Source of the DNA: the human T2T-CHM13v2.0 reference genome, Homo sapiens
Reading direction: 5' to 3' (one strand)
NCBI RefSeq assembly: GCF_009914755.1
Contig: NC_060941.1
Length of the DNA: 64,000 bases
Positions 1 through 45,194 of this stretch are shown piece after piece. Each line of letters begins with the position of its first letter. The first letter of the stretch is position 1. The notes beneath the pieces are model-generated. The model searched no databases and was not told the DNA's origin. It saw only the letters and a program-made list of their open reading frames with translations. Position numbers and translations under genes: made by a program.

Positions 1-14
1 TTATTTAAAAAGTG

Positions 15-545
<531 letters not shown>

Positions 546-1604
546 AGCAAGTTGCTTGGCTTCACCAAGCCTCCCTTTCTTTGCTTCCCTCCAATCCTTT
601 CCACGTACCTCAGAGATTACAAAGCAAAATGAAATGAAATAATGCGAGCAAAGTACCTGGCTCTGGTCATATATCTTGAATCTAGATTTGCTATTGTGAT
701 TTTTCCATTTAGTAAAACTGACACAGCCCTTCCAAGGTTGCGCATAATAGACTGAGAGAGGACTGGCAGCTCTTTCTCTTTTGTTCTGCATCTACGTTTC
801 CTGAAAGGCCAGAGAACTGAGGGCTGGGATCTCAGGACCAGAACATCTGTAAATCTGGGTCTTCCCAGCTTCTTCCTGTGTGTTTTTCATACCACACACG
901 TGCTCACACACACACACAGATGCTTGTGCAAAGGAATTTCCAACTTGGACAGAGCGAAAGGAATGTATATTGAGGCCCACGATAGCCAGAAAAATAATCT
1001 GGCCTGGCCCTATTCCCAGGGCCAGGCATCCCCGATGTCATCCACATGAGTCCACACCCAGTCACCCCCTGACCTACTGCCTGCCCAGCAGCTCCACGGC
1101 TCTCCCGGAGCCACCCTCTTTTGGGACAGGGTGTACATTGGCTAGACTCAAAGGGCAGGAGGTGACAGGCCCCAGAGAGGAGAGGAAGGAAGGGAGGCCC
1201 TCTCCCTAACACACTGCAGGCTAATCCCCTGGACCACAGCACTTCAGCCAAGAAGCTCTGCTCACCACACCCTTGCAATGGGTAGTGGGAAATTAAAGCT
1301 GTTCCAGAGATAAAGCAGCTCCCAAACCCTTGTTTACCTTGTAGGCAAATGAGGATTATCTCTGTTCTCTACTTTGCCTATATGACCATAGCAACCAGGT
1401 GTCTTTCAACTTTTCGGTTTCTCAAAGCCTCGAGCCTCTTAATAAGGAGCAGCTAATCTGGAGGCACTTTCTTGTTCTTATCCACACCGAACACTCTCTG
1501 CCCTGTGCCATGGCTGTTTCCCTCGACAGTAACTGTAGACCCCGCTCTTTCACATAAAATGAGCCCAGTGATTTCATTTTACCTTTTAGAAACTATCACT
1601 GAAT

Positions 1605-2279
<675 letters not shown>

Positions 2280-2665
2280 CTATAGAGTTTAGGCCACTTA
2301 AACACTGGTTTATAAAATGAAAAAACTATTTTAAATAAGTATACCTGTGCATATGAATATTACAATGCAATATTCTCTTTCTATGGATTACTGCCTTGTG
2401 AATGAATCAGTGTTTCACTACAAAAGGGGGCTGGACAGTATGCATGCCTGAACTTTCCTAACTGATATCATTTTGCTTTAAGGCCAACCTATCATCTCAA
2501 AATAATTTTAATTTAATGTTTAAAAAAAGAATTTAGCATCAGATGATAGAGACGGAGAACAAAAGAAAAAAATAATTTAGGTTTTCTACTACAAAGAAAT
2601 CACAAGGGTATAATAGAGAGAGGGAAGGATAACCTATGCATTAGAAGAAACTTAAAAGCCATATC

Positions 2666-5731
<3,066 letters not shown>

Positions 5732-6364
5732 AGGGAATCACTTGTTCTATGAAGCAGAAGAAAATCTCCTGAATCTGTGTCTTTATTTTATTGATAAGTC
5801 AGCCAAAGAGTTTTAACCTGATCTTCACAAAGACTGACTGGGAGACGTGGCCCAGGGTCCAGGTGGGCCTGATGGGCTTAATAAACTCTGGGCTTTGGAA
5901 GGACAAGTGGGTACATCTGAGGAAACCTGCAGAAAAAAGGGCCTTGGGAATGTCATCATTCCCAAGATAGTTTGCTGAGAAGCCCCTGTCTTCACACATT
6001 TGGACAGTGTTTAGCTAATGCTGGAGGACAGGCTGGCCACACTGCCATCTCAGCTTTCCTAAACCCACGGCAGCTCCCAGTGGCAACCCAAGGTTAGGGA
6101 AGCCCAAGAGGAATGAGGCAGGCATTGGAGAAAAGCCCTGAGCCCTGTGAGGGTCACCATCAGTAGCAAACATTTATGGGATGCCTGGTGTACAAGTAAG
6201 GCATGCAGAGCCAAGTTGGAGTTTCACCTTTGCCATTAGCTAGCAGCATGATTTGAATAAATGGCTCAAACGTTCCTTTGGTCCTGTTGTCCTCATCACC
6301 AGCAAGGCCAGGCGGCTGTCCTCCACAACCTCCAATCCATCTGCTCTTCTCCATCCATCCCCCT

Positions 6365-6720
6365 TGATATGGTTTGGCTGTGTCTCCACCCAAATCTCAT
6401 CTTGAATTGTAGCTCCTATAATTTTCACGTGTTATGGGAGGGACCCAATGGGAGATAGTTGAATCATGGGGGCGGTTTCCCCCATACTGTTCTCGTGGTA
6501 GTGAAAAAGTCTCATGAGATCTCATGGTTTTATAAGTGGAAACCCCTTTCACTGTCTTCGTCTGGTGCCATGTAAGACGCACCTTGGTTCTTCCTTCGCC
6601 CTGATGATTGTGAGGCCTCCCCAGCTACGTGGAACTGTGAGCCCATTAAACCTCTTTTTCTTCATAAATTACCCAGTCTTGGGTATGTCTTTACTAGCAG
6701 CATGAAAATGGACTAATACA
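6365..6720 (+). mobile_element. THE1 (ERVL-MaLR) solo LTR
   Basis: tgatatggtttggctgtgtctccacccaaatctcatcttgaattgtagctcc...gactaataca; flanks cccct/gccct (5-bp TSD, 1 mismatch). Confidence 0.92.
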
Positions 6721-6779
6721 GCCCTCGTCACCACCTTAATCCAAGCCAACGTGACCTCTTCTAGACAACTGCAAAAGTA

Positions 6780-7220
6780 TCCGTATCAGAATCAGCTTTA
6801 AGTATCAAAAAACCCGATTACAGCAGATGAAAGAAGCAAAGCATTACCTTACTCATGTGACAATGACCATGGAAAGAGGCACCCCAGGATAGTTCCGTCT
6901 TCCTGCCCCATCATCTGCAATGCTTCACAAGATAGCCACTCACCTCCAGGGATCACATCTGTAACCCAAACAAGAAGAAAAGAAAAGGCCAAAGGTCAAG
7001 GGCAAAAGCCTTCTCACTTGGTCTTTGTTCCTTCATTCGGGAAGGGAAACCCTCCCCCAGAGACCTGTGCCTGCATCTCATTGGCCAAAGCTGTGTCACA
7101 TGACATGGCCATCCCCAGCTGCAAGGGAGCCTGGGAATGTGGGGTTTTGCTCTCCAGCCAGTATAGCAAGGGAAGGCAAAGGAGAAGAGGTTGGGTGAGC
7201 CATCCTACAGAATCTCCCAC
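6780..7220 (-). mobile_element. old MLT1 (K/L-like) LTR
   Basis: tctcattggccaaagctgtgtcacatg...ccccagctgcaagggagcctgggaatgt. Confidence 0.6.
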
Positions 7221-7279
7221 AGCATCCTTACTGCCTCCCTGGAGCCATCCTTTCTTCCCCCAGTGCATGAGCCACCAGT

Positions 7280-10225
<2,946 letters not shown>

Positions 10226-10383
10226 TGAATGAGGAAAGGGAGCTATTGCATCCACAACCTCAGGGTTTCAAGAAACATCCTAATTATGTTCTTTAAATCA
10301 AATCAACTTAAATCCTACTTCAAGCCTTTATTTCACCAGACCAATAGGAAATCCAGTCTCAGTCATATTTGGGTTTCCCTCGT

Positions 10384-10795
10384 TGATATGGTTCCGATGT
10401 CCTGCCCAAATCTCATGTTGAAATGTAATCCCCAGTGTCAGAGGTGGGGCCTGGTGGGAGGTGATTGGATCATGGGGGTGGATTTCTCATGAATGGTTTA
10501 GCAGCAGCATCTTAGTACTATTCTCGCAATAGTGAGTGAGTTCTCATGGGATCTGGTCATTTAAAAGTGTGTAGCCCCTCTGCCCCTGCCTACTGCTCCT
10601 GCTCTGGCCATGTGACCTGTCTGCTCCCCCCACTTCTGCTTCTGCCATCATTGGAAGTTTCCTGAGGCCTCCCCAGAAGCAGATGCCGTTATGCTTCCTG
10701 TACAGCCTGACGAAGTGTGAGCCAATGAAACCTCTTTTTATAAATGACCCAGTCTCCGGTATTTCTTTACAGCAATGTGAGAACAGACTAATACA
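10384..10795 (+). mobile_element. MST (MSTA/MSTB-like) MaLR solo LTR
   Basis: tgatatggtt...cccaaatctcatgttgaaatgtaatcccca...gagaacagactaataca; flanks ctcgt/ctcac. Confidence 0.9.
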
Positions 10796-11088
10796 CTCAC
10801 CTTCTATAGCCACTAAGAGGCTTAAATGGTGCCAAGGACGTAGGAGAAGGACAGTCCATCATGGTCTTTGACTAAGCCCCTGAGGTTTCTTGTAGTCTGG
10901 CAGATCTCTGTTTCTGTGCAATGCCTGGGATCCAGGAATTTTTGCCAAGGTGAGGGTGGTACCCACCTTGAGTACCCCAGAGCCAAGAATCTAGTCTCCC
11001 TCAGTATTCCACTTGGCCACTCCCCACTGAGCACCAGCCATTTCCCTGGAGTGCTGCCAGTGTGTAAGTGTGGGGACCCTACTCTTAA

Positions 11089-12353
<1,265 letters not shown>

Positions 12354-12486
12354 CACTTCACCATCTTCAAAATAAGGCTAACTAAACCATTCTTATGTAG
12401 CTCAGGGGACTGTTGTGATAATCAAAGGAGATGACTTGCTAGCAGTTGTTTTCTATGTGGTGTTAATTGCCATAAGTATACATCGA

Positions 12487-12828
12487 TTTTTTAAATTATT
12501 TTTATTATACTTTAAGTTCTAGGGAAATGTGCACAACGTGCAGGTTTGTTACATAGATATACATGTGCCATGTTGGTTTGCTGCACCCATCAATTCATTT
12601 ACATTAGGTATTTCTCCTAATGCTATCCCTCCCCCAGCCCCCCACCCCACGACAGGCCCTGGTGTGTGATGTTCCCCGCCCTGTGTCCAAGTGTTCTCAT
12701 TGTTCAATTCCCATCTGTGAGTGAGAACATGCGGTGTCTGGTTTTCTGTCCTTGTGATAGTTTGCTGAGAATGATGGTTTCCAGCTTCATCCATGTCCCT
12801 GTAAAGGACATGAACTCATCCTTTTTTA
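12487..12828 (-). mobile_element. 5'-truncated L1PA 3' end
   Basis: ttttattatactttaagttctaggg...gtgcaggtttgttacatag...ctatccctcccccagccccccacccc, the primate L1 3'UTR. Confidence 0.93.
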
Positions 12829-13147
12829 TAATGTTTTGTTTTTATATGGCTTACTGATTCATTTAATCAGATTACTTTCTTAACATAGCAAAGCATGTGT
12901 GGAGAAGACACTGCTGTGTGTAGCCAACATGACAAGTCTGCCAGGTACATAAGGAGTCTGGTACCAATTAGAGGAAGCCAACAGGTCACAGTGCTTTGGT
13001 GTACGGATGGGAGCGTGTGTCAGGAGATCCAAAGCAAACAGGGGAAGGAGTTGGGTAGCAAAGGTATAATGGGGCCATTCAATTTTGGAGCATGGGGAGA
13101 TTGCCCCGGCCAGAAAGAGCAGGGCCATTTCTAGTAGAAACAAAGGA

Positions 13148-14310
<1,163 letters not shown>

Positions 14311-14918
14311 CAGTATTGACGACGGCCCTGTGAAAAGGGGAAACCAAGAGGTGCAGAGATATTAAGTGATTTGCTTGTAGTCACTCTGCTGCGTGGCTGA
14401 GCTTGGTTTTGAATCCAGGACTGCTAACTTCAATACCAATGGAAATGGGTATCAGAAACGAGGAGGGAGGGTGAGCTGGGAGGTGCTGAGGGAAGAAGAA
14501 ACTGGCAAAGTGGGGCTCAATCCTACCATCGTTTTTGAAAGGGGCTCATGGAGGGGACCCTTGTTCACACATGAGCAGGACTGAGTCTTGCAGGCAGGGA
14601 TCCTGCGAAACCAGACAGTTCCGGACACAAGGGAACTATTGAGAACAAATCCCAATTCACATAATCATTTCGGCACCTTTCCAGCAATGCTTGAGAAGTC
14701 TGCTGCTGGGAAAACCTGGAAAATGCTAGTAAGGCTGAAAATATCTATAAGCAAAGACAATTTTGCAAGATGAGTAGGTAACAACATGGGAAAGTGCTTA
14801 TGACATAATGTCAGGGAAGAAGGACAGATGATGGCTCTTTTGTACAAAACGCGTAGAGAGAAACGTAGGAAAAGGACCAGGGATTGTCAGGTTGTGGGAC
14901 AGGATCTTTTTACAGTGA

Positions 14919-15897
<979 letters not shown>

Positions 15898-16075
15898 CTA
15901 GACCCATCTTCAGTGGCAGTCTGAGTGCTGTGTTCTTCAGTAGGGACCTACTTAACAGGGACAGAGAGCACCTGCACACCTTCAGACAAGTCTGCAACCT
16001 CGGATGGCAGTTCATTTGCTCTTAAGGTCCTTCTTGGTCACTGCCTTTCAGCAGTGACCTGTTCTTTTTCAGTAT

Positions 16076-16993
16076 TGTCAACCCAAAATATCTGAGACAG
16101 GTCTCAGTCAACTTAGAAAGTTTGTTTGTTTTTGTTTTGTTTTTTTTTTTTTTGAGACAGTCTCACTCTGTTGCTCAGGCTGGAGTGCAGTGGTGCAATC
16201 TTGTCTCACTGTAGACTCTGCCTCCAGGTTTCCAGCAATTCTCCTGCCTCAGCCTCCTGAGTAGCTGGGATTACAGGCGCCCACCAAAACGCCTGGCTAA
16301 TTTTTGTATTTTTAGTAGAGACAGAGTTTCACCATGTTGGCCAGGCTGGTCTTGAACTCCTGACCTCAGGTGATCTGCCCGCCTCGGCCTCCCAAAGCGC
16401 TAGGATTACAGGCGTGAGCCACCGTGCCTGGCCTAGAAAGTTTATTTTGCCAAAGTTAAGAACATGCTGTGACATAGCCTCAGGAGGTCCTGATGACATG
16501 TAGGTGGTCGGGGTACAGCTTGCTTTTATAAATTTTAGGGAGACATGAGACATCAATCAATACATGTAAGATTTACACTGGTTCGATCTGGAAGGGTAGG
16601 ACAACGCAAAGGGTGGGACAACTCAAAGGGTGAGGGGTGCTTTCAGGTAATAAGTAGACTTAAAAATGTTCTGATTGGCAATTGGTTGAAAGTTATTATC
16701 AGTAGAAAGGAATGTCTGGGTTAGAATAAGAGGTTGTGGACCCCTGGACACCTAGGTTATTTCATACAGATGAAGCCTCCAAGTAGCAGGCTTTAGACAG
16801 AATACAGATGTTTCTTATGAGACTTAAGGTCTGTATTGGTGTTAATGCTGGAAGGGTATAAGGAGCCATGTCCAACCCCCCTCTTCCATCATGACCCGAA
16901 CTGGATTTTCAGGTAACTCTGGAATGCCCATGGCCAAGAGGACGGGTCCATTCAGATGGTTGGGAGGCCTTAGAATTTTATTTTTGGTTTAAA
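16076..16993 (-). mobile_element. MER4A-like ERV1 solo LTR with an Alu inserted at ~16120-16433
   Basis: minus strand begins taaaccaaaaataaaattctaaggcctcccaaccatctgaatggaccc and ends tctcagatattttgggttgaca; 4-bp flanks gtat/atat; Alu TSD tagaaagttt. Confidence 0.9.
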
Positions 16994-16999
16994 ATATCT

Positions 17000-18404
<1,405 letters not shown>

Positions 18405-18661
18405 CCCCTTCAGATTTATAAGGTAGATGCCATCACTTTTCCTTTTGGAGATGTCCTGTTCCATTTGGAAGTCAAGATTGGTGCCACCTAAGTGGGTTTC
18501 TTCCACAAGGAATTTGACAATATCTTTCTTCTTCATTTGCAGGATATCAAGAGTACCAGACATTGTAAAAATTTCCCTTTATGTGACAAAAGAACTCAGG
18601 ACAATGCTGTAGGGACCCCTCTCTAAATAGTGTAGAAAGCTGAAAAAATGTTTATGAGTCA

Positions 18662-20525
<1,864 letters not shown>

Positions 20526-20798
20526 TCATCACAACCCATTTGTCAGGGCCAGGGCCAGGGACTCGGCCAGATACAGGGAGACAACCCCACAGGAACATCA
20601 GGGAAGGTGATGCAGTCGAGACTTGCTGGTGTCCTGTCCCAGACCATGATGACGTCCATCTGTGCTGCTGCCAAGTTAAACCAGAGTGTTCTGGTTAACC
20701 TGGATTTGACCTTGGAGTTCTGGCCTCTGATTTGCCTTCCCTAGGACTCCATGTGCTCACTCTGCGTACAGATATTCTTGATGCATTTGCTAGTCTGA

Positions 20799-25312
<4,514 letters not shown>

Positions 25313-25572
25313 TATATATATATTTTACTACTATATGTATATGTATATATGTGTATATATAGCATATATATGTATATATGTGTATATATAGCATATATAT
25401 GTATATATACTAGTAACAGTATATATATACACATTTTCACTACACTAGTCAAAGTATACACACACACACACTTAGCAGTATATATTATATATATATTCCA
25501 GTATATATATCTACATGTAAAAGATATATAGATATATATATAGATACATAAAATATATATGGATACATACAC
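25313..25572. repeat. (TA)n/(TATG)n low-complexity tract
   Basis: tatatatatatt...atatgtatatgtatatatgtgtatatat. Confidence 0.9.
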
Positions 25573-25890
25573 TGGAAAAGTCAGTGAGGAGAAAACGATT
25601 CATTGACAATACTAAATAAAAACCAAACCAACCAGGAAACATTTAGGAACTAGCTTCACTTTTGACATGTAACCAGAACAACACAGTAAAGGTTGTTGCC
25701 TGGGAATTAGAAGTGAAACACCACGCCCAAATGGCTCAAGCTGGTGGCCAGAGATAAGAACTTAAAGGCATCTCTCCCGCCTAGCAGACTGGGCCCCCTG
25801 GTTTCCCATCACTTCCTTTAAACAGACTACTCAGGCATTTGCCCACAAACTTAAAGGGGCTTTAAGTTCAACTTTAAGTGACACCCTATT

Positions 25891-26859
25891 TGTTGCAGGT
25901 GGTAAACGATTTTACCAAGACAGCTGTAGGTAAAGAAAGGCAGATTTAACCACTCTTCCTCTTTCCCTAAGCGGCCTGAGGTAATCTGTGAAAATGGTTC
26001 GCTATTCATTTGACCTAGAGAACCCCACAAAATCACGCAAATCAAGAGGTTCAAATCTTCGTGTTCACTTTAAGAACACTCATGAAACTGCAGGCCATCA
26101 AGCGTATGCATATACAAAAAGCCACAAAGTATCTGAAAGATGTCACTTTACAGAAACAGTGCGTACCATTCCAATGTTACAATGGTGGAGTTGGCAGGGG
26201 TGCCCAGGCCAAGCATTGGGGCTGGGCACAAGGTCGGTGGCCCAAAAAGAGTGCTGACTTTTTGCTGCACATGCTTAAAAATGCAGAATTTAAGGGTTTA
26301 GATATAGATTCTCTGGTCATTGAGCATATCCAAGTGAACAAAGCACCTAAGAAGGGCTGCTGGACCTACAGAGCTCATGGTTGGATTAACCCATGCATGA
26401 GCTCTCCCTGCCACACTGAGATTATCCTTACTGAAAAGGAACAGATTGTTCCTAAACCAGAAGACGAGGTTGCCCAGAAGAAAAAGATATCCCAGAAGAA
26501 ACTGAAGAAACAAAAACTGATGACACAGGACTACATTCAGCATTAAAATAAATGCAATTAAAAGTTAAAAAAAAAAAAGGCAGATTTATTAGAGAAAGCG
26601 TGAAAATATGTTGCAAGGGTGCGATGGGCAGCACAGTAGAGAAGGGGCTGTCAGCCAAGGGGCAGGGGCTAGGGGGAGGTTTTATAGGGTCTTGCAGGAG
26701 GGGGGCTACATGCAGAACAAGGTTGTAATCCTGGCGCTACATGCCAAACAGGTCATTGTGCCCACAAGTTTGTGATTAGCACTTTCTCAGAACAAGTGTT
26801 CGTTTTTCTCCCCCACCTGAGACCCTGTCCTCATTTCGCTTACTTATCAGGACTCCACA
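25891..26859 (-). mobile_element. LTR47-like ERVL solo LTR
   Basis: TG...CA ends; minus strand begins tgtggagtcctgataagtaagc; perfect 5-bp TSD ctatt (25886-25890, 26860-26864). Confidence 0.8.
25949..26578 (+). pseudogene. RPL17: RPL17 (60S ribosomal protein L17 / uL22) processed pseudogene
   Basis: pyrimidine-rich 5' leader; ATG 25994 [32 protein letters not shown]; frameshift near 26090; then [18 protein letters not shown]...QGRWPKKSA...[14 protein letters not shown]; poly(A); TSD aaagaaaggcagattta (25932-25948) / aaaaaaaggcagattta (to 26588). Confidence 0.98.
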
Positions 26860-27415
26860 CTATTCTCTTATACGTACCACTAGTTGCTTCTCTCACTCTC
26901 TGCCTCTTAATTTCTGCCTTGCCTGACCTGAGGATGGAGGATGATACTCCTGACTCATGGCGCCTTCCCTGCCCAGGATCTGTAAGTAATAAACCTTTGA
27001 TCATATTTCCTACTGTGGTGGATTGAATGGGTGCCTTTCATCTGAAGAACCAGGGGCTACCTAGGTTTTCCAGGGACACTGGGAAGAACACAAGGCTGGG
27101 CTCTCAGCATCAAAGCGATGGTTAGACAATCATAAACTGAACACAGACCAGACAACAGCCATGGGAGCGTCTGCCAGGATAAACACATTTCCCATGTGAA
27201 GGAGCCCCTGGGCACAGGTTGGGCAGCTAAGCATTAGACCTTCCACCACGTTAAAGAAGTACCCCATGAGAGACGCACTGTAGACACCTATGCCCAGCTC
27301 CCTTCATTTCCCATTAGGGCAGGGCTGCTAGCTGCTCTGGTACTGAAACCCCAGTTTAGCTAGGGGCTCTCAAAACAGACATATAAGAGCCATTCAATAA
27401 AAATAAATGTTTCTT

Positions 27416-29189
<1,774 letters not shown>

Positions 29190-29190
<1 letters not shown>

Positions 29191-30375
29191 CCACCTTGTA
29201 CTCTCAATCTCTGCTCCTCTTGAGAACAAAATCCCTTGAGAGAATTGTCAATACTCCCTCTTTCAATTTGTCTCCCTCATTCTCTCCTAAACCCCCTGTA
29301 ATTAGGCTTTGTGTTCCCACCACTCTTCTGAAACTGCCCTTGTTCCAGTTGCCAAGGACTTTCATGTTGCTGATCCAATGGTCGTCTCAGTCTTTACTTG
29401 TCTTGAACTGTTGGTGGTATTTGACATGGTCGATCATTTTCTCCACCTATTTTCTTCATTTGGCTCCTCCAATTCTATTTCTTGCTAGTTTTCCTCCTAC
29501 CTTGCTGGCCCCTCATTGTCAGTTTCTTTGGCTGGTTTCTCTTCATCTCCCAAACAGTGAATGTTGAAGAGTGCTGGGGTGTGGTCCTCGAACCTCTCCT
29601 CCATCTATAGTCACTTGCTTGTGATCTCATGCAGTTTCTTGGGTTTAAATATTATCTAGGTGGTAACTCTCAAACTTAATTTTCCAACCTGGATCATATC
29701 ATCCCCACTGGATTCCAGGTTTGTATACCCAGCTGCCCTCTTGAACATCTTTTTTTTTTTTTTTTTTTTTTTTGAGATAAGGTCTGGCTCTGTCACTCAG
29801 GCTGGAGTACAGTGGTGCAATTACAGCTCACTGCAACCTCTGCCTCCTGGGCTCAACCTCCACCTCCCACCTCAGCCTCTTGAGTAGGTGGGATTACAAA
29901 CATGTACCACTATGCCTGGATAATTTTTGTATTTTTTTTGTAGAGATGGGGGGTCTCACCTTATTGCCCAGGCTGCTTTTTAACTCCTGGGATCCAGTGA
30001 TTTTTTTCACCTCAGTCTGCCAAAGTGCTGGGATTACAGGCATGAGCCACTGCACCTGTCCTGAATATCTACTAGGTGTCTCAAGCCTAACAAGTCTACA
30101 ATTAAACTCTGATCTTCCCCAACTTGTTCCTCCCTTAGTCTTCCCTGCATCAGCTAATGACAATTCTCCTTCCAGTTGCTCAGGCTAAAACTCTGGAGTC
30201 ATCCTTAATGACTCTTTTGCACATGCTCTGCATTTTGTCCGCCTGCAAATTCCATCATCTCTATCTTCAAAATATCCAGAATCTGACTCCATTTTGCTGC
30301 TTCCACTGCTAGCCTCCAGGCCCATGATGCTGGCCACTATTTTTCACTTGGAAAATTGCAGTAGCCTCTTTTATT
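29190..30375 (-). mobile_element. L2 LINE fragment split by Alus
   Basis: ccaccactcttctgaaactgcc, ccagttgctcaggctaaaactctggagtcatcctt, cttcaaaatatccagaatctgac. Confidence 0.8.
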
Positions 30376-30754
30376 CCCCCTTTTTTAAAAAACTTTTTAT
30401 TTTTATTATTATTTTTTTGAGACAGAGTCTTGCTCTGTTACCCCAGGCTGTAGTACAATGGCATGATCTTGGCTTACTGTAACCTCCGCCTCCCAGGTTC
30501 AAGCAATTCTCATGCCTCAGCCACCCAAGTTGCTGGGATTACAGGTGCCTGCTACCATGCCTGGCCTAATTTTTATATTTTTAGTAGAGATGGGGTTTCA
30601 CCATGTTGGCCGGGCCAGTCTTGAACTCCTGACCTCAAATGATCTGCCCGCCTTGGCCTCCCGAAGCTCCGGGATTACAGATGTTACTCACCACACCCAG
30701 CCTCTACGTACATTAGCTCCTTTAATCCTCATTTAAAAATTCTTGTGGTAGATA

Positions 30755-34352
<3,598 letters not shown>

Positions 34353-34499
34353 TATTATCTGCCTTTTGGAGATGAGAAACTAAGGCACAGGTGGTTAAGG
34401 ATGTTGCTCAAGGTTACACAGCTAGTAAAATGCAGACCAGATTTTGGACCCAGGAAATCTGGCTTCAGAGCCTCTGTGCTCAACCTATGTGCTGTACTA

Positions 34500-37986
<3,487 letters not shown>

Positions 37987-38636
37987 TTATCTTGAGTTTA
38001 GGAATCAGTCCAAAGGAAATAATCCAAAAGGAAACTAAATTATTTTAAATAAAGATGTTCATCGCAGAGCTATTTATAATAGCAACAGATTGGAAATGTC
38101 CCAAAAGCTCAAAACGTGGATGTGATAAAGCAAAGCACAGTTGATCAGTATAATGCACCCATGGATACATGGAACTGTGTATCAGAAACCTTGCTGAGTG
38201 ACAGATGCTAAGCACAAAAGGATTTAGTCCTCTCCTTACCCCTTACAAAGGCGCTGGGGGTTGGGCCTCCTCTGGCAGCTGAATCGAGGAGTGGAATCCT
38301 CAGAACTGGGGGCCTGAATCAGGGAGTTCTCATTAGATCTGGAGGAGGAAACTGAGCCAGAAGTTGTTCAGCAAACTGGGCTTCACATTCATAAGAGACC
38401 CAGGAAGAGACATGGGATCAGGGTTTGGAACCAGGGAGAGAAGAGAAAACTTTGATCAGGTGAGGATCAAATTGGGAGGCAGGGAGGGTGCTTGGGCTGT
38501 CAGATGATGCTCAGGGCTGGCTTTTGAGGGTGGCTGGGCTGGCTAAGCAAAGGACCAGAACTGGGGCAGGAACCAAACCCTTCTAAGTCCTCCTCTGGGC
38601 AGGGCAGGGCAGGGTATCCCTTCACTCACCTGGTGA

Positions 38637-43950
<5,314 letters not shown>

Positions 43951-44535
43951 GGCTGGGTGCATTTGCTTACGCCTATAATCCCAGCACTTTGAGGGGTTGA
44001 GGCAGGAGGATCGCTTGAGCCCAGGAGTTCCAGACCAGCCAGGGCACATAGTGAGACCCCGTCTCTATCCAAAAAAAAAAAAAAAAAATGCTTAGCATGG
44101 TGGCAAGTGCCTGTAGTCCCAGCTACCTGGAGGCTGAAGTGGGAGGATCACTTGAGCCCAGGAGGTCAAGGCTACTGTGAGCTGAGATCATGCCACTGCA
44201 CTCCAGCCTAGGCAACAGAGCAGAGTGAGACCCTGTTTCAAAAAAAAAAAAAAAAAAGGCCAGGCAAGGTAGCTCACCCTAGCACTTTGGAGGCCAAGGC
44301 AGGCAGATCACTTGAGGTCAGGAGTTTGAGACCAGCCTGGCCAACATGGTAAAACCCCACCTCTACTAAAAATACAAAAATAGCCCTGCGTGGTGGTGGG
44401 CAACTGTAATCCCAGCTACTCGGGAGGCAGAGGTTGCAGTGAGCTGAGACCATGCCACTGCATTCCAGCCTGGGCAACAGATCAAGACTCTGTGTCTCAG
44501 AAAAAAAAAAGAAAAAAAAAAAAAGAAAAAGAAAA
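43951..44535 (+). mobile_element. AluJ followed by AluS in its tail
   Basis: TSD aaaagaagctttacccca / aaaagaagcttttcccca. Confidence 0.88.
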
Positions 44536-45194
44536 AGAAGCTTTTCCCCAGCCTCTTTTTTTTTAGGAAAAAGAAAATCCTATATGCCTTCAACATCAGC
44601 TGGCAAATGTAAACGTATGTTTTATTTACTGTCTTCCCTTCCTCTAACAACAAAAAAAAGGTCATTCATATTATGATCAAGCTACTATAAATTCAGTTTT
44701 GAGCAATGCAAATAAATGTTTAATCAAATTCTAAATCTCCTAAGACATCATCAGCTTTATAGCTTCCTGGCTGAGAAAGTGGTATTTGTGAGGGTGAGAA
44801 GATAATGAAATGGCTGAAATGACTCAAGGTAGCTTTAGTCAATCAGGAAATCAACATATTTTTGCCCCTATAGTGCTCAGTGAGAATGACCCATTAGGAA
44901 GACTAAATGGGGCTTTGAAAAACCAGTGCTTGCTTTACTTCCTACTAGCCAGGCCTGCTCAGGGAGCACCCAGAGCCAAAAGAAGTAACTCAAGTATGAT
45001 GGAAGCCCAGTTCAGAAAAAAAGATTATGTGTAACTTCCCCCTGGAAACAAAATTTGTTTTCCACTGCCAGGCGAGCCGGGCTGCAAATTCTTGAATGGG
45101 ATGCCTGCGCTGGGGAGGATCAGAGGAGACTCTGTTTGAGTGACTGTCCTGACAAGCTGGGAAAAAAATGACATGGGGCATGGTTAAAGGCTGG

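Larger units (their letters stand above)
25668..27377 (+). mobile_element. ERVL LTR of the MER54/MER73/MER74 group (host of nested insertions)
   Basis: TG start tgtaaccagaac; end ggtactgaaaccccagtttagctaggggctctcaaaaca; AATAAA 26988-26993; gaca(t) on both flanks. Confidence 0.75.

Noticed and set aside
25949-26578. Functional RPL17 gene
   Set aside because: Intronless with poly(A), TSD, a frameshift, a deletion and a lost stop codon.
38178-38635. GC-rich segment that could be the 3' LTR of the Gypsy relic
   Set aside because: LTR-like, but I found no matching 5' copy, polypurine tract or TSD, and it may be an unrelated old ERV LTR.
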